The notes under the pieces are model-generated. The model saw nothing but the letters and a program-made list of their open reading frames with translations. It did not search any database and was not told the DNA's origin. The translations under genes and the position numbers were made by a program. DNA of 63,166 nt, the filler included, from Phoronis australis (lineage: Eukaryota; Animalia; Phoronida): assembly GCA_002633005.1 (NCBI GenBank). It is 8 parts of 8 records of this genome, joined end to end, with 100 filler letters (N's around TTAATTAATTAA, not from the genome) between each part and the next. Parts side by side here need not be neighbours in the genome. Positions count along the whole stretch, not along the records: positions 1 to 11,914 come from NMRA01000440.1; positions 12,015 to 14,577 come from NMRA01003604.1; 6 more parts are not named here. One strand, given 5' to 3'. This document shows, in pieces, positions 1 to 14,037 of the stretch (position 1 is the stretch's first letter; the number at the start of each line of letters is the position of its first letter).

Positions 1-378
1 CACACTAACACTCAATCAGACTTGCACACCTCACATTCATACTCAATCACTATCACACACTTCACACTAACACTCAATCAGACTTGCACACCTCACATTC
101 ATACTCAATCACTATCACACACTTCACACTAACACTCAATCAGACTTGCACACCTCACATTCATACTCAATCACTATCACACACTTCACACTAACACTCA
201 ATCAGACTTGCACACCTCACATTCATACTCAATCACTATCACACACTTCACACTAACACTCAATCAGACTTGCACACCTCACATTCATACTCAATCACTA
301 TCACACACTTCACACTAACACTCAATCAGACTCGCACACCTCACATTCATACTCAATCACTATCACACACTTCACACT
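1..378. repeat. 62-bp tandem minisatellite (~6 copies, CA-rich), truncated by window start
   Basis: Unit cacactaacactcaatcagacttgcacacctcacattcatactcaatcactatcacacactt starts at 1, 63, 125, 187, 249 and 311. Confidence 0.97.
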
Positions 379-479
379 CACAACCACTCACCCTCACAAT
401 GCTAAAAGCATTCATTATACACTCATGAAATACTTGGCATGTAACTAGTATGTTGAACATGCAAGATTCTGATCACTTT

Positions 480-750
480 AAACTTGTGTGTAGGCAAGCA
501 GTTGCCTAGAACAATTTGTGTCTAGGCAAACAGTTGTCCGGCGCAAGCTGTGTCCAGGCAAAGAGTTGTCCAGCGCAAGCTGTGTCCTGGCAACCAGTTG
601 TCCAGTGCAAGCTGTGTCCAGGCAACCAGTTGTCCAGAGCAAGCTCTGTGCAGTTAAACTGTTGTCCAGCAAATGCTGTGTCCAGGCAAACAGATGTCAA
701 GCACAAGTTGTGTCCGGACAAGCAGTAGTCCAGCACAAGTTGCCCATTGA
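480..750. repeat. Degenerate ~32-bp tandem repeat (gcaagctgtgtccaggcaaccagttgtcca)
   Basis: Recurrent gcaagctgtgtcc/gttgtccag motifs; explains the overlapping spurious ORFs. Confidence 0.85.
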
Positions 751-1364
751 ACAAGATTATTGGATAAGGATCAGAACTTTTTCGTTTTACAATACCGAAA
801 ATTGATGATAATGTGCAATACAAACCTGTACAAAAGAGATCTCACCTATTGCCACCTGCAGTGTATGTGATGATGAGAGATGAAGTGGGTGGGTCGCCCG
901 TTATGTTAGCTGTGTTCTCCAGACCATTCCCATAGTATGATATCTGGCCCCCTGTTATGCGTTTCTGACAAGCCTACAAGCAACAATTGTTGAACATTCT
1001 TATCACATGTACTAATAACTGACTATTCACACTCAGGACAAAAAGTTTATGTAGGACCTCATTGAAAAACGTCAATTCGAAGTAATTACCATAAAAACTA
1101 GGCTGTGTCAACTATTAAAAGCATTATTTTATGAAAGATCATGGAGTATAAAAACCCATGTGATACGTGTCATTGTTAATATAATGTGATCAGCGTTTTT
1201 AAATCAAATTTTCATTTTTAACAACTATCCCTTACTCGATTTTAACGAAGCCTTCTGTAATGAAAACCTGCCAATATCTCTCAAAAACGAGATAAGGAAT
1301 TTCGATAACTCATTTAGTTTAGTTTCTATACCAAATTAACTCGCAAAACATAACGCATTCTTGT

Positions 1365-2816
1365 ACAAGAGCAACGCGGAGCGCTGAAATGCGCCCACAA
1401 ATGAATCGCAAATGGTGTGCCTTTAGGGTTGTTTATTTGTATCATTCAAATGGCCACTAGATGGCGCAAAATACGTTGAATTCGACTGAAAATCAGAAAA
1501 TTTCATCGTTTCTTTAAAAGGAAGCCAATTACGAACTTTCATTAAAAATTCGCCGAGGAACTTCAGAGAAACAAAGGAAAACAAAAAACAAAACTGCCAC
1601 TAGAGGGCACAGTGCTCATCGGATCCGTCTAAAAGTCATCATCTTCTCTTGTTAACTTTATATAAATGCACGTGCTAAATTGAATAAAGATCCTGCAGAG
1701 GACTTAGGAGATACAAGAATGGGTGCAAAAAAACAAAACCACCACTAGGAGGTGCCACAGTAGTCGAAGTCGTCGGAAAATCATCGGCAACCATCCCCTT
1801 CATAGAAAGAACATACATTCCAACTTTCACAATCATCCTTAGAGTGGTTTGGTTGACGGAGGGACGAACGCCACAAAACAGACTCAAAAACAACAAAAAT
1901 GGCCATTAGGTGGTGCAAAATACCTTGAATCAATTCGAAGATGAATGGCTAGTGTCACCTCACTAATAGATGTCTATGTGTCAAATTTTATGGAAATCCG
2001 TTGAGGACCTTTGAAGATACGGAGGTAAACGTAAAAAACTAAAATTGCCACTANCGTCTAAAAGTCATCATCTTCTCTTGTTAACTTTATATAAATGCAC
2101 GTGCTAAATTGAATAAAGATCCTGCAGAGGACTTAGGAGATACAAGAATGGGTGCAAAAAAACAAAACCGCCACTAGGAGGTGCCACAGTAGTCGAAGTC
2201 GTCGGAAAATCATCGGCAACCATCCCCTTCATAGAAAGAACATACATGCCAACTTTCACAATCATCCTTAGAGTGGTTTGGTTGACGGAGGGACGAATGC
2301 CACAAAACAGACTCAAAAACAAAAAAAATGGCCATTAGGTGGTGCAAAATACCTTGAATCAATTCGAAGATGAATGGCTAGTGTCACCTCACTAATAGAT
2401 GTCTATGTGCCAAATTGTAACTAAAATTGCCACTAGAGGGCACACCGGTAGACCGATCTTTTTCGAAAGCAGTCGTTGTCTAGATGTCGCAAAATCAATG
2501 GAAGCAATTCGAAAACGGGAAGATAGCGTCAACTCATTAATAGATGCCTATGTGCCAAATTTCATGAAAATCGGTTGAAGACCTTAGAACATACAGATGT
2601 GAACATAAAAAATTCAAATTGCCACTGGGTGGCACAGCAGTATTCGGAACGGTCTGAAAATCGTCACCCTCTGTCGTAGACCCCATAGAAACACACCTGC
2701 CAACTTTCAATACGATCTTGCAAGGGGTTTAGTAGATACAGCCGCGGACGCCCAGACGCCCAGACAGAGATGATGGCAATATGCGACCACATGTAAATAT
2801 GTGGGCGCATAAAAAA
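1365..2816 (-). mobile_element. Non-autonomous Helentron-associated (HINE/DINE-1-like) element, copy 1
   Basis: Ends acaagagcaacgcggagcg...gtgggcgcataaaaaa; subterminal inverted repeat tgcgcccac/gtgggcgca; internal tandem units with gccactag; reverse complement of 30053-31732. Confidence 0.75.
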
Positions 2817-2967
2817 CAGTGGTCGTATTTGTCTATGGCACGGTACAATAAAGCCAGGTGTTTAAAAATTTTGAGTTGGACAAATAAATCTTGAAATTGG
2901 AAAATTTCAGTTGAATCCAAACAGTAACTACAAAATGTAGACTTGAGTATGCTTATCTGTGGTTAAA

Positions 2968-5195
2968 CAGGGCTCGACGCTATTAAAATCGCCAGGTCGC
3001 ATTTTGCGACCAAGCCAGAATCCCAGGTCGCATTTCCAAAATCCAGCTCGCATTCATAAATGCCAAGTCGCAAAATTTTCCCGCCATTTTTACGCGCCAA
3101 AATTGATTTTAGATCATCGAGAAAATGTTTAGATTATGCTCTTTCCTGCCGCGTTAAATACTCACAAATTTCAGATCCCAAAATTGACTTCGTTCATTCA
3201 GGTACGGCGTTACTGTTCTTCATGACCGCCATTGAAAGTCTCTAGAGCGCAAGTCAAGTTCCCGACGTGAAAGTTGAATTAGTGCTCTCTAACTGACACG
3301 TGCATTCGAGTAGCTAAGTTTGCGATTTGAAAAGGGAGAAAATGCCCGTTGAAAAAGTATACGGGATTTTGCTAGGTCTGACCTGCTACTGGCTGTCATC
3401 AAAGTCGTTAAAGATTCAAACTAACTGCGAGGGCAAATTCCCTCCGCTTTTTGTTTGCAACCCAAATTTTGCAACTTAACTCATGTTCGAAAAACGTCTG
3501 TCGAAAAAAAATCCGTGAAACGATGCTTTAACAGAATAAACAATTCAGTGCAAATGTCACAACAAAAATGTGGTACTTATGCTATTTACGTACTCAACAA
3601 TTAGTTTTTTCATGAAGTGAATTGCCTCCAAATAATTCCCGACTCCCTCTGTGCGAGTTTCCATCTTGTAATGGCAAGTTTGCTCAATACCTACCAGGTA
3701 CGGGAAAAATAGGTCTGTCACAAAACGACATGCATGTCACTAGTGTCAATTTTCTTTCGGAGGTATAAAACAAAGCCGGGATTTGGTTTTTACATATTGA
3801 GAAAAGACGTTTTTTGAAAACGGAATTTATTGTGTAAAATGAGAGTGGCACACCATATAGACTGCGAGTCAATTTTAAACCACGCGCGGTCGTTTGTAGT
3901 GCGATATGATGGGCGCTAGCCTAAACCGTGGGTGCTTAATTGGAAATTCACAAAAGTTGAGGGGGAACGCTTAGATCAGTGAGCACTTATTGTGAAACAC
4001 TTCTTCAAAGGTAGGGAGTAGGCTTGTGCGTTAGCATAGTCGTTTACCTGAGTGTTTGCGGTAATAAGATATTAAACGACTACAATGGTAAGAAACGTTA
4101 TAATACGATTTTGCGAGGCAAACTCCATCTAGTAGGGGTGACTTTCTGCATATCGTTACCACCTACACTGTACCCTTTTTAGCCACCCGGAATAATATAG
4201 TTCTTAATTGCGTGCTCCAGCTGGAACATGACTGTTTCTANAAGTAGTAATTCGCGGTAGTATGATGCATATTTATAATATTCTTACCAGTCACTAACAT
4301 TCTGTCGCAACTCCTGCGCACCTTCTGCCCGTTGATATTCACTGCACGAACCGGCTGGGGCTGGATCGTCGACAACCGGAGCAAGGGGATCGAGGGAAAA
4401 CGGTTCTACTAGAGAGAAGGTGTGAGCACAAATTGTTCCTATGGGGTCTGTCGCCTCCTCCTCCACATCCGAAACGTCAGAATCATCTGAAAACTCCACC
4501 TGACCCTCCCTGTATCTTTCAAAATATTCTTCATCTACGCTGCTGTACTCACTGGGATCCATATTGTTTTCTTTGTGTTCCCCAACACCACGTCACAGAT
4601 GTGTAATGAAGGAAAATGGCGCCGTTTCTATTTTCCGTTACAACAATGGCGTTACAACGCCACGGCAACAAATATGTAAATAACTTTTTATAGCGACGTA
4701 CAATTCAGTTAATGTTAAGAATATAGTAAGAATAATTATAAACACGAATTTAGAGCATATTGTTGTTCAGATTGGTTGAGACCTTGCAATTTACACTTTA
4801 AGAATTAATAGAAACACCGCTGTTATGTGGCCCGAAACTTTCTTCGGCAAATCCAGAAATTTGCAAAAGTGGCCAAAAATGTTAGCCAATGAAACGCGTC
4901 AAAGATCGATTCTGCACATCCCATGGTCACGCGACTTGCTTACAAGTCATCGGGAGGGCTGTTCTCAGTTAGTGGTATTTGAACTTGGATTTGGCAACAA
5001 CCAAGTAATGGTCGGATTAACAACAGTTGCTTTATATTTGCCAGGTATCTACCGAGAAGTGTAAAAACTCAGCTCGCATTCGTTGGAAATTCCAGGTCGC
5101 ATTTTGCGACTTGATACGAGCTGACAAAAATCCCAGCTCGCATTTCCAAATTTCAGGTCGCAAATGCGACCTGCAGCTCGTTATACCGAGCTCTG
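2968..5195. mobile_element. Non-autonomous TIR DNA transposon (CAGGGCTCG TIR, 5-bp TSD TTAAA; hAT5-like), copy 1
   Basis: cagggctcgac at 2968 and cgagctctg ending 5195, flanked by ttaaa on both sides; subterminal gcgacc/ggtcgc repeats; arms homologous (inverted) to 57343-59675 and 43069-43517. Confidence 0.8.
4288..4562 (-). pseudogene. Orphan first coding exon of a P2X7-intracellular-domain/Nanor-like protein (KolobokP accessory type) inside the TIR element
   Basis: Acidic N-terminus, EPFSLDP (PYxFEP-like) and RQNVSDW motif ending at a TG|gtaaga donor; no following CxCxxC exon found. Confidence 0.5.
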
Positions 5196-6831
5196 TTAAA
5201 GTGCATAGTGAGCATGATATCAAAACAATGAAACATTAGATTACCGATGAAATGAATTTGGGTGAGGATTTTTCTCACGACTTGCCTGTGTTCCTGTGTC
5301 GCTGAAAACAAAAAGTGATGGATGCCATGTGGTGACTGTGCATTCATCTTAAGTTAATAATGCCATATGTATGTGGACGCACAACTCTCTGAGGATCAAA
5401 ACTACATTTTCTCTTCGCTTTCCATAGCATCTTGTCATGTACACCTCGTTGACTCAATATTATGGTGAATCAGTGAATCAAAGGACTGTGAAATGTTCGT
5501 ACATGTGAAGCTGCTCATGCCCTGCAGAAGATTTGAGTGATAGCTTCGTAACTTTTCAACTTGGATAAGTAGCAAACAAATTTCCACGCAACTGACGTGG
5601 GTCTGGCAAATTATTTTTTCAAACCATTAAATTAAGATTATGTCATACCTTATTCACAAAATATGGCCATTTTTATAATATTTCACATGTGTCTAGCAAA
5701 ATACCTTATCTTCATTCTCAGGAACTTCAAATACAAAATATATATATATACCGTACAGTGTAGTGAGAAGAAAAGAGCATAACCACCTTGGAACTGCACA
5801 ACGGCGTGGATATTTGTTTACTACTTATCCGAAATCAAAGGTTACATGGCTGCCACTCAAATGGAATCTCCCACCAGGTACAGAGCAGCTCCGTATGTAT
5901 CGTCTTTTCTTTCATTCACCGAGTCACCATAATATTGAGTCAACAAAGTGTACTTATGACAGAAAGGAGCTGGGGAAAAAAGAAAAAACGTAGTTTTGAT
6001 CCTGAGGGAATGAATGCTAGGAGTCGCCTTATGCCTCTGGTCATGAACATAGCAAGTTGTGGAAAGAGATATATCCTCACCTAAATTTCTTAATTCATAA
6101 AGTAAATTGACATTTCACTGTTTTGATCTCATGGTAATGACAAGCTTTAACCACTGACTCCATTTCTTACTTGGTTTCGTATCAGTCTCCCAGCGCATGA
6201 CATGTACAGACTATGTGTATAACAATGAGCTGTGACCTACCTTTCAGTAGGTCAAACAACAGTAACAGTTGATCCCACCTTGTGGCTGGGGATGGTACAT
6301 TTTAATGATAATTAAGTTTATTACGCACTGCAATTCAGTTGACAGTGCAAGCGAATGTTGAAACAGCTAACAGGGTTAAGGCATGTATAGGTTATATTTA
6401 CCGAAAACCAGTTTTCACCAAATAATTAACCGAAGACTTTGAGATTTTCACTTGTCCCAGTTTAATTGGCTTTTTCTTGGCTTCGGCAAATCAACTTAAT
6501 TTGAACTTAGGAACATGAGTTCTCGAAAACGGCTAGGTGGATTTCGCTGAAACTTTCAAAAGTTAATATTTATTCATCAGTCTCAAAAACGCTGTTCGGA
6601 TTTTGCGTAATGTAACAAAGACAAATACGACTCCTATTTGTTTCAAAAGCACCTTATGTTTTGCGAGTTGAATTAGCATAGAAAAGACTAAATAAAAATT
6701 CCTATCAGCGTTTTGGAGGTAACTGGTGAAGTTTTCATTTAAAAAAGGTTTCATTAAAATCGACCGAGGGGTTATTTTGCTATGAATGTACCTTTCTTAA
6801 AAATGAAATTTTGACTTAAAAAGGTGTTAAC

Positions 6832-6832
<1 letters not shown>

Positions 6833-6896
<64 letters not shown>
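6833..6896. repeat. (TAA)n microsatellite
   Basis: About 21 perfect taa units. Confidence 0.98.
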
Positions 6897-6897
<1 letters not shown>

Positions 6898-7971
6898 GTA
6901 CATAAATACAAAACATTTTTTTATATTCCCTGATATTTTTACTTTCAGATAATATATACTTTTACTAGTTGACAAAGCCTAGTTTTTTGATATATGAGTT
7001 AGAATGAAGGCCACTAAATAAGGTTTGAGATAACCGTAACAAGAAATGAAGGTAAAAGATTTGTAAATCCAATTGCAAAAACTAATATAAAAGTAAGGTC
7101 CAACACATCCTTAATCAACAAATAAACTTGCAACATTTTGCAATGCAGATGACAAAATGATAAGTCCAACATTTCAAATTTCTTACATCTGCTAAGTAAA
7201 CATCTAAAACGGGAATAGCCCTATCAAAGCACACTACTTTTTTCAAGACAAGCTTCACTACACGGCATAAAAAATGTTAAGGAATGATCAACTGGCTTTT
7301 TACATACTAGTAGACTATCTTGCACCATTATGACAGAGTGACCAACTTCAAACAGACAAGTATGTGGAAGTTTACATCATAAAACTATGTCTTAGTTTCA
7401 ACAGGATTAACAACAATCCATCATTTACTTACTGCCATGTTTTGACAATCTATTGGCAACTCTGTATGTTTGATAGTGTCAATACCCACACACGGCTGAT
7501 AGTAGTACTCATTCTGCTTGTCTGGGGATATCGCAGTGAGGTACCTAGATTTGGGGTGAAAACAAAGGATTTGTAATAACGAGATTTTAGCAAGCTCGTC
7601 TTGACTTCACAAATTACGATAATTGTCACCAGCTTGAGTTTATTCTTGACTGACCAGGTCAATGATCAACAATAGAACAAATTTAGGTAAGAAAACGAAT
7701 GCATAAGTTTTACAAAATTACTTAAAGGGAAGGCAATCATTTTTAATGTCATTACTGGTTTGATTACCATTTTCTGGTTATCTTAGTTAACTATTCAACT
7801 TAAATAAATTCCTTCGGATTCTAATCCATTAGTCACACACATTACACTGGAAGCAATGTTTACCACCTGAATCATTGTACAACAAATTTGTTTACATGTA
7901 CTTCTGTGTGTCATTGTGTATGTCAGCTTGTAAGAAAGGAGACCGTTATTTCCCTTTCTCTGAGTTTTATT

Positions 7972-9370
7972 TAGTATACCTGGAGGTTATTCAGTGTACC
8001 TGGAGGTTATTCAGTGTACCTGGAGGTTATTTGGTGTACCTGGAGGATCGGTGTACCTGGACGTTATTCAGTGCACCTGGAGGTTATTCAGGGTACCTGG
8101 AGGTTATTCAAGGTACCTGGAGGGTATTCAGTGTACCTGGCGNNNNNNNNNNNNNNNNNNNNNNNNNNNNNNNNNNNNNNNNNNNNNNNNNNNNNNNNNN
8201 NNNNNNNNNNNNNNNNNNNNNNNNNNNNNNNNNNNNNNNNNNNNNNNNNNNNNNNNNNNNNNNNNNNNNNNNNNNNNNNNNNNNNNNNNNNNNNNNNNNN
8301 NNNNNNNNNNNNNNNNNNNNNNNNNNNNNNNNNNNNNNNNNNNNNNNNNNNNNNNNNNNNNNNNNNNNNNNNNNNNNNNNNNNNNNNNNNNNNNNNNNNN
8401 NNNNNNNNNNNNNNNNNNNNNNNNNNNNNNNNNNNNNNNNNNNNNNNNNNNNNNNNNNNNNNNNNNNNNNNNNNNNNNNNNNNNNNNNNNNNNNNNNNNN
8501 NNNNNNNNNNNNNNNNNNNNNNNNNNNNNNNNNNNNNNNNNNNNNNNNNNNNNNNNNNNNNNNNNNNNNNNNNNNNNNNNNNNNNNNNNNNNNNNNNNNN
8601 NNNNNNNNNNNNNNNNNNNNNNNNNNNNNNNNNNNNNNNNNNNNNNNNNNNNNNNNNNNNNNNNNNNNNNNNNNNNNNNNNNNNNNNNNNNNNNNNNNNN
8701 NNNNNNNNNNNNNNNNNNNNNNNNNNNNNNNNNNNNNNNNNNNNNNNNNNNNNNNNNNNNNNNNNNNNNNNNNNNNNNNNNNNNNNNNNNNNNNNNNNNN
8801 NNNNNNNNNNNNNNNNNNNNNNNNNNNNNNNNNNNNNNNNNNNNNNNNNNNNNNNNNNNNNNNNNNNNNNNNNNNNNNNNNNNNNNNNNNNNNNNNNNNN
8901 NNNNNNNNNNNNNNNNNNNNNNNNNNNNNNNNNNNNNNNNNNNNNNNNNNNNNNNNNNNNNNNNNNNNNNNNGTTATTAGGTGTACCTGGAGGATCAGTG
9001 TACCTGGAGGTCATTCAGTGTACCTGGAGATTATTTGGTGTACCTGGAGGTTAATTAGTGTACCCGGAGGTTATTCAGTGTACCTGGGGGTTATTCAGGG
9101 TACCTGGAGCTTATTCAGTGCACCTGGAGGTTATTTGAAGTACATGGAGGCTATTTGGTGTACCTGGAGTATCAGTGTACCTGGAGGTTATTCAGTGTAC
9201 CAGGAGGTTATTTGGTGTACATGGAGGCTATTTGGTGTACCTGGAGGATCAGTGTACCTGGAGGTTATTCAGTGTACCTGGAGGTTATTCAGTATACCCA
9301 GAGTTTATTCATTATACCTGAAGGTTATTGAGTATACCTGGAGGTTACTGAGTATACCTGGAGGTTATTG
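7972..9370. repeat. 20-bp minisatellite (tacctggaggttattcagtg) spanning an N gap
   Basis: Same unit on both sides of the 8143-8972 gap. Confidence 0.95.
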
Positions 9371-10143
9371 AATCCTGGGATGCAAACATCATGAGTTATT
9401 CAACAGTATAGTAGATGTGTTTCACTAATTTCTAAATGACAAGATCCATTGCAGTAGGCTCATTCATGTCAAGAATACAGTGTTGCCTGATCACACAATG
9501 GCTAAACCCGTGCAAACTATCGTATGTAGAGCAAACATTTATCACCGTTTGATTACCTAAGGGACATGAACAGAGATTATGATGGTACTTGATAAAAGAT
9601 GTTGTAAAGAAGGATGCCTTACTACCCACAGTATTTCCCGTCTCTGCTCCGTCATCAACTTAACCGTATATATGATTCATATTTTTATAGTACCGACTCC
9701 AGCCATACCATCCACTGCAGATCGAATAATGGCTAAATCCCACTAAGCCGAGTTCTCATTCAACCTAGGATTGTCCGAGAACACTCCTCCAATGCAAATA
9801 ATTGTGCAAGTATAATGTACAATTAAGCCACGTCTTCAAGAAATCGACACATAAAGGTGGATTCAGGCAGCCAACGGCACTTTCAGAGTGACACCTTCTT
9901 AATCAATTAGAGCTCGGGAGATTTAATTAACTTGAAAATTTATCAATGATTAAATACAAAAATGACATTATAACATGAGCCTTAACCTTTTAAGTCCTAC
10001 CTACAAACTATTGAATCTTTGAAAGTTTAGTGAATGTAAATAAGATGAAAATAAACTAATAAGAGTTATCTCTCCCATTTACATATGACTCAGCTCATTG
10101 TAAAAGTATGCAAAAATGTCGGATGAATCAAGACAATGTGAAT

Positions 10144-10262
10144 GAATTGGTATGATTAGTGAATTGGTATGATTAGTGAATTGGTATGATTAGTGAATTG
10201 GTATGATTAATGAATTGATATGATTCATGAAATGGTATGATTCATAAATTGGTATGATTCAT
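10144..10262. repeat. 17-bp tandem repeat (gaattggtatgattagt), ~7 copies
   Basis: Directly visible tandem units that degenerate toward the 3' end. Confidence 0.93.
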
Positions 10263-11914
10263 GGCTGAAATAACTTTAAGGAGCGTTCCCATAATATGTC
10301 ATCCAAAAGTTGCCACCTCTTACGCCATCACTTACCCCATCTCCTTCTGGCATCACTTGTCGCCACGATATTAACTCCCCTGTCCAGCCTGTAATTACGT
10401 CATCACAGTCAATCACCGCTGGTGGAGAGGATATGTGGTTTCTCTGTGTATATGGTTTTAAGGTAGGCCTAATGAATTATGATCATATCTTGGAAGTGTG
10501 AAATGACAGGTCGCAGGTTTGGAATTGGTCAATTCCGCTAAGAGAACTAGTTTCCCATCGCTCTCTACTGTGATGTAGATATTCTAATAAACCACACGAT
10601 AATGTCACCATGAGTCTAACCCCCCCTTCCCGTCATGAATCATCACCTTTTCCAAACCCCTCACCCCAGTAGTGATGACGATATATGTGAACGCTCCTTG
10701 TCAGAATATGCCGCCAAAGATCAGATGAAGATGAAGAATAGATCTAGTCAACACCATTCAGAGGAATGTATTGGAACTGATCCACCATCGATGAGCCCAG
10801 TGCTACAGTCAACTACAAGCTGTTAAAATATTACTGGATTCTTGTCACATATTAAGAGACCAAATGGCAAATTTCCCGCATGGTTTACAAATTTGATAAT
10901 TATTATATTTTAATTAAAGTTTAAGTAAAGTTACTGCATAGTTCATCTTGTGCTTTTTCTCACAGAGCTTAAGGCCACTTACAGTTTAAAATACAACCCC
11001 AACGAGAGCTGTTGACAAGAGGACATTGTGTGCATCTCATAAATCACAGATACACGTAGCTGGCTGTCTAGAGGCTACAATCGGTTTCTTTACAAATCTC
11101 ATCCCGTGTATTTTAAACAGGCGGTAGTCCAAATACAGTCACTGGATAAGAGGTTTTAACCTCATCAAAAATAATTTTCCACGTCAAAATGTCACTTAAA
11201 AATCACATACTTTCATCAGCGATCCTTTCTGGTTTCATACATATATATCCTCGGTGATGCATGTCTATGGTCCTGAATTCTGGTGAAAAATTCCAACTGC
11301 ACTTTTTTGATAGTCATTAACTTTTTCACTGCACACGATAACCACAATCATAAAATTATTTTTCCCATTCGATCCATTTGGTGAAGTGAGCAAAAAGGTC
11401 CGCTTACGAGAAGCAAAAAGTCTGAGAAAATGAGACAAAAGCCCACTAAACAAGTACAAACGTGCAATTCACAGTGTAGGCAATGACCATCGCCTCGGTT
11501 GGCGCGAACCAGAGGCGATGCAGAGGCTATAGGCGCTCTGTACGCCGGAAGCTTTTCGGCGAATTATGCCTCGCACCGACTAAACCATCAAAGTCACGTT
11601 GTTATAAATACCTTTTGAGCATAGAGGAACACCTGAGGAGGTTGTCGATGTGTTTAATTCCTTCCAATTCGAACAAATACTCCCATTATCAAACTTTTTC
11701 TTCGAGCAGTCCCTATTTCAGTTCCCAAAATCGTGAACTCACCGTTTTTATACTGCGCACGCTCCAATTTTTACCGCGCTAGCTAGGTGATGTGACTTCA
11801 TGACCTCAATCTTTAAATAGGCCAAAGGTGAGCCATTGCGGTCTTGTCAGTCAAATGTTCGTTTCCAAAATGCCACCACTTATACTTGTCTTTAATTGGC
11901 GTTACTTGAAACTG

Positions 11915-12014
11915 NNNNNNNNNNNNNNNNNNNNNNNNNNNNNNNNNNNNNNNNNNNNTTAATTAATTAANNNNNNNNNNNNNNNNNNNNNNNNNNNNNN
12001 NNNNNNNNNNNNNN
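11915..12014. other. Artificial contig spacer (44N-TTAATTAATTAA-44N); identical spacers at 14578-14677, 24838-24937, 42729-42828, 48277-48376, 56417-56516 and 60199-60298
   Basis: Identical 100-bp structure seven times; the 12-mer has stop codons in all six frames. Confidence 0.95.
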
Positions 12015-12258
12015 CCAGTCAGCAGGCGTGTTCCTTAGCAACAGCAAGAGACAAATGGTAAACTAAAGGGTTCTATTACACTGGTATTACACACACTTAA
12101 TTTGACAACATGAAGGGAACCCGTCTTCTGAAAACAGGAAAAGATTGGCGAGATCACATCATAACCTCGCAGCATTGTGATAACATGCCAGAGACTACCT
12201 GAACCTAAAGCTGTTATCCCGCAATAATTTATGTTGAACAGAAGCAGTAAATAACATT

Positions 12259-12511
12259 GCCTATAGTTCAGTGGTTCGTGTGGTGGACCCGCAACTGAAA
12301 AGACATGGGTTCAATTCCTGACCGTGGAAATCAGGTAGTTATGCTTGAGCACGGCACATGACATTCATTGCTTCAGGCGACTCAGCCATACAAGAGTATC
12401 ATGGCCTATGGCGGACTAGTGTCCTATGCAGTTGGGTTGAAAGATGCTAATCCACTTATGCCACAAAACGTGAGTGAACAGCTGGACCAATGAAAGGTTT
12501 ACTTTACTTTA
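12259..12511 (+). mobile_element. tRNA-derived SINE with conserved central domain (Meta/CORE/V-like) and (TTTAC)n tail
   Basis: A box tagttcagtgg, B box ggttcaattcc, central gcttgagcacggcac motif, 3' tail tttactttacttt. Confidence 0.7.
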
Positions 12512-12784
12512 CGCGTCACAGATACGAGAGATACAAATCAGTTAGTAACATTTGAGAACAGGTTATACAAGATGCCATGTCTCAGCAAATCATTAAATGC
12601 GCCATCCTGCATGCTCTCAACGAACAACAAATGGTCAGTTCCCTGCAAATCCAGAAATCCCTTCTCACCTGAGTAACGAACAAGTTGAGGCAAATTTACA
12701 CCAGTAAGTGGTCCAAGTCAAAAATTCACATCTTAGACAGAACACTGGTTTATAGTCCCTTGAATCAAGATAAAAGGTACCTAA

Positions 12785-12985
12785 CCTTATTCAAACTTAA
12801 CCAATATTACTCAAACTAGAACAATATTATTCAAGCTTGGTCAATGTTAATCAAGATGGCCCAATATTAATCAAGCCTTGTCAATATTACTCAAGCTTTG
12901 TCAATATCAACTAAGCTTGACCAATGGTGATCAAGCTTAGCCAATATTAATCAAGGTTGGCCAATATTAATCAAGCTTGGCCAAT
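12785..12985. repeat. Degenerate 20-bp tandem repeat (ccaatattaatcaagcttgg)
   Basis: About 10 diverged, partly palindromic units. Confidence 0.85.
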
Positions 12986-14037
12986 GCTTGCAATGTGGCA
13001 GATGTTCATAGCTTAGCAAACTTAAGTGTACTGCACGAGCTATGTTGTCACGCATGAACAGGATATGTTTACTTTGATCACTAATCAATAAGTAAATTAA
13101 TTTTGCGTGGTGATAGAATTCACAAAGGATAGTAAGCTTGACCCATATTTCTGGCAAGCAATCTTATTCAAACTTGGAGAAAAATTCCCAATAAGGTAAA
13201 TTCATACTCATACCATTAAACAGAAAGATGCCCAAATTATGAGCAAGACTCACCCTCCAAATTCCATGACAATGTGTTTATATAACTGTCCGTGGGTATA
13301 GTGCCAGTCTGATACCACTGGTAGTCCAGTTTCTGAAACAATGATTGAATAGAAGAGCAATATTATTTAACGGTGCATAACTATTACAACGAGCATGGTT
13401 TACACTTTCTGCAATGAATTTCGATTAAAACTCGCATTTTAAGGGTTGAAAGATCTCGGTAGGGTTTGCTATATAGTCAGTTGTTGCGTTATCAAGAACA
13501 TAGGGAGAAGTCAATTTCAAAGATCAAACCTCAAGAAAGTATACCAAAATTGAAGTCTATACCATAAGGTATAATGTACACCATTGAAGTAATATGACTA
13601 TCACCTTTGGACATTCTACTTCACACAATGGCTAGTAGCGAATATTTTGATTCAAGTTTGTAACGGTCACAAGTCATGGGTACTAAATTTATGTTAAATA
13701 AATCACTTCGTTATATCATATTTTGAAGCTGGAATTTTTGACCCGCCAAAGCAGTGCTCAATATTACAACAAATACATCGCCTTTGTGATAAACACACAT
13801 TACAGCTTTGCAGATTTATAACCAAACACCGGCACCAACCAAGTGCAAAACCATTGACACAAATGACCCCTGGTGGATGAATGAGACTTACATGAGGGCT
13901 GTCGTGGTACAGGAGTGGGGCAGGCTCAAATATGAAAACCTGGCGGTCATAGGCAGCAGCAATCTGCAACAAGTAACACAATCAGTCACGACTTATCAAC
14001 GTCTTTCTAAAAGTGTTTTGAGGGGGTGATGTGATAC

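Noticed and set aside
1626-2440. ~430-bp direct duplication around n2054
   Set aside because: Duplication meeting at a single N is typical of unmerged contig or haplotype overlap
6772-6975. Poly-Tyr ORF (and poly-Ser/poly-Met ORFs at 35988-36435)
   Set aside because: Microsatellite translations
7875-9371. 498-aa and similar ORFs, also at 51638-52373 and 58242-58640
   Set aside because: Open only because they run through N gaps and simple repeats
11959-11970. Recurrent TTAATTAATTAA motif inside N runs (7 times)
   Set aside because: Artificial six-frame-stop linker, not biological; RPL35A and the LRP-like gene are both truncated at one such join
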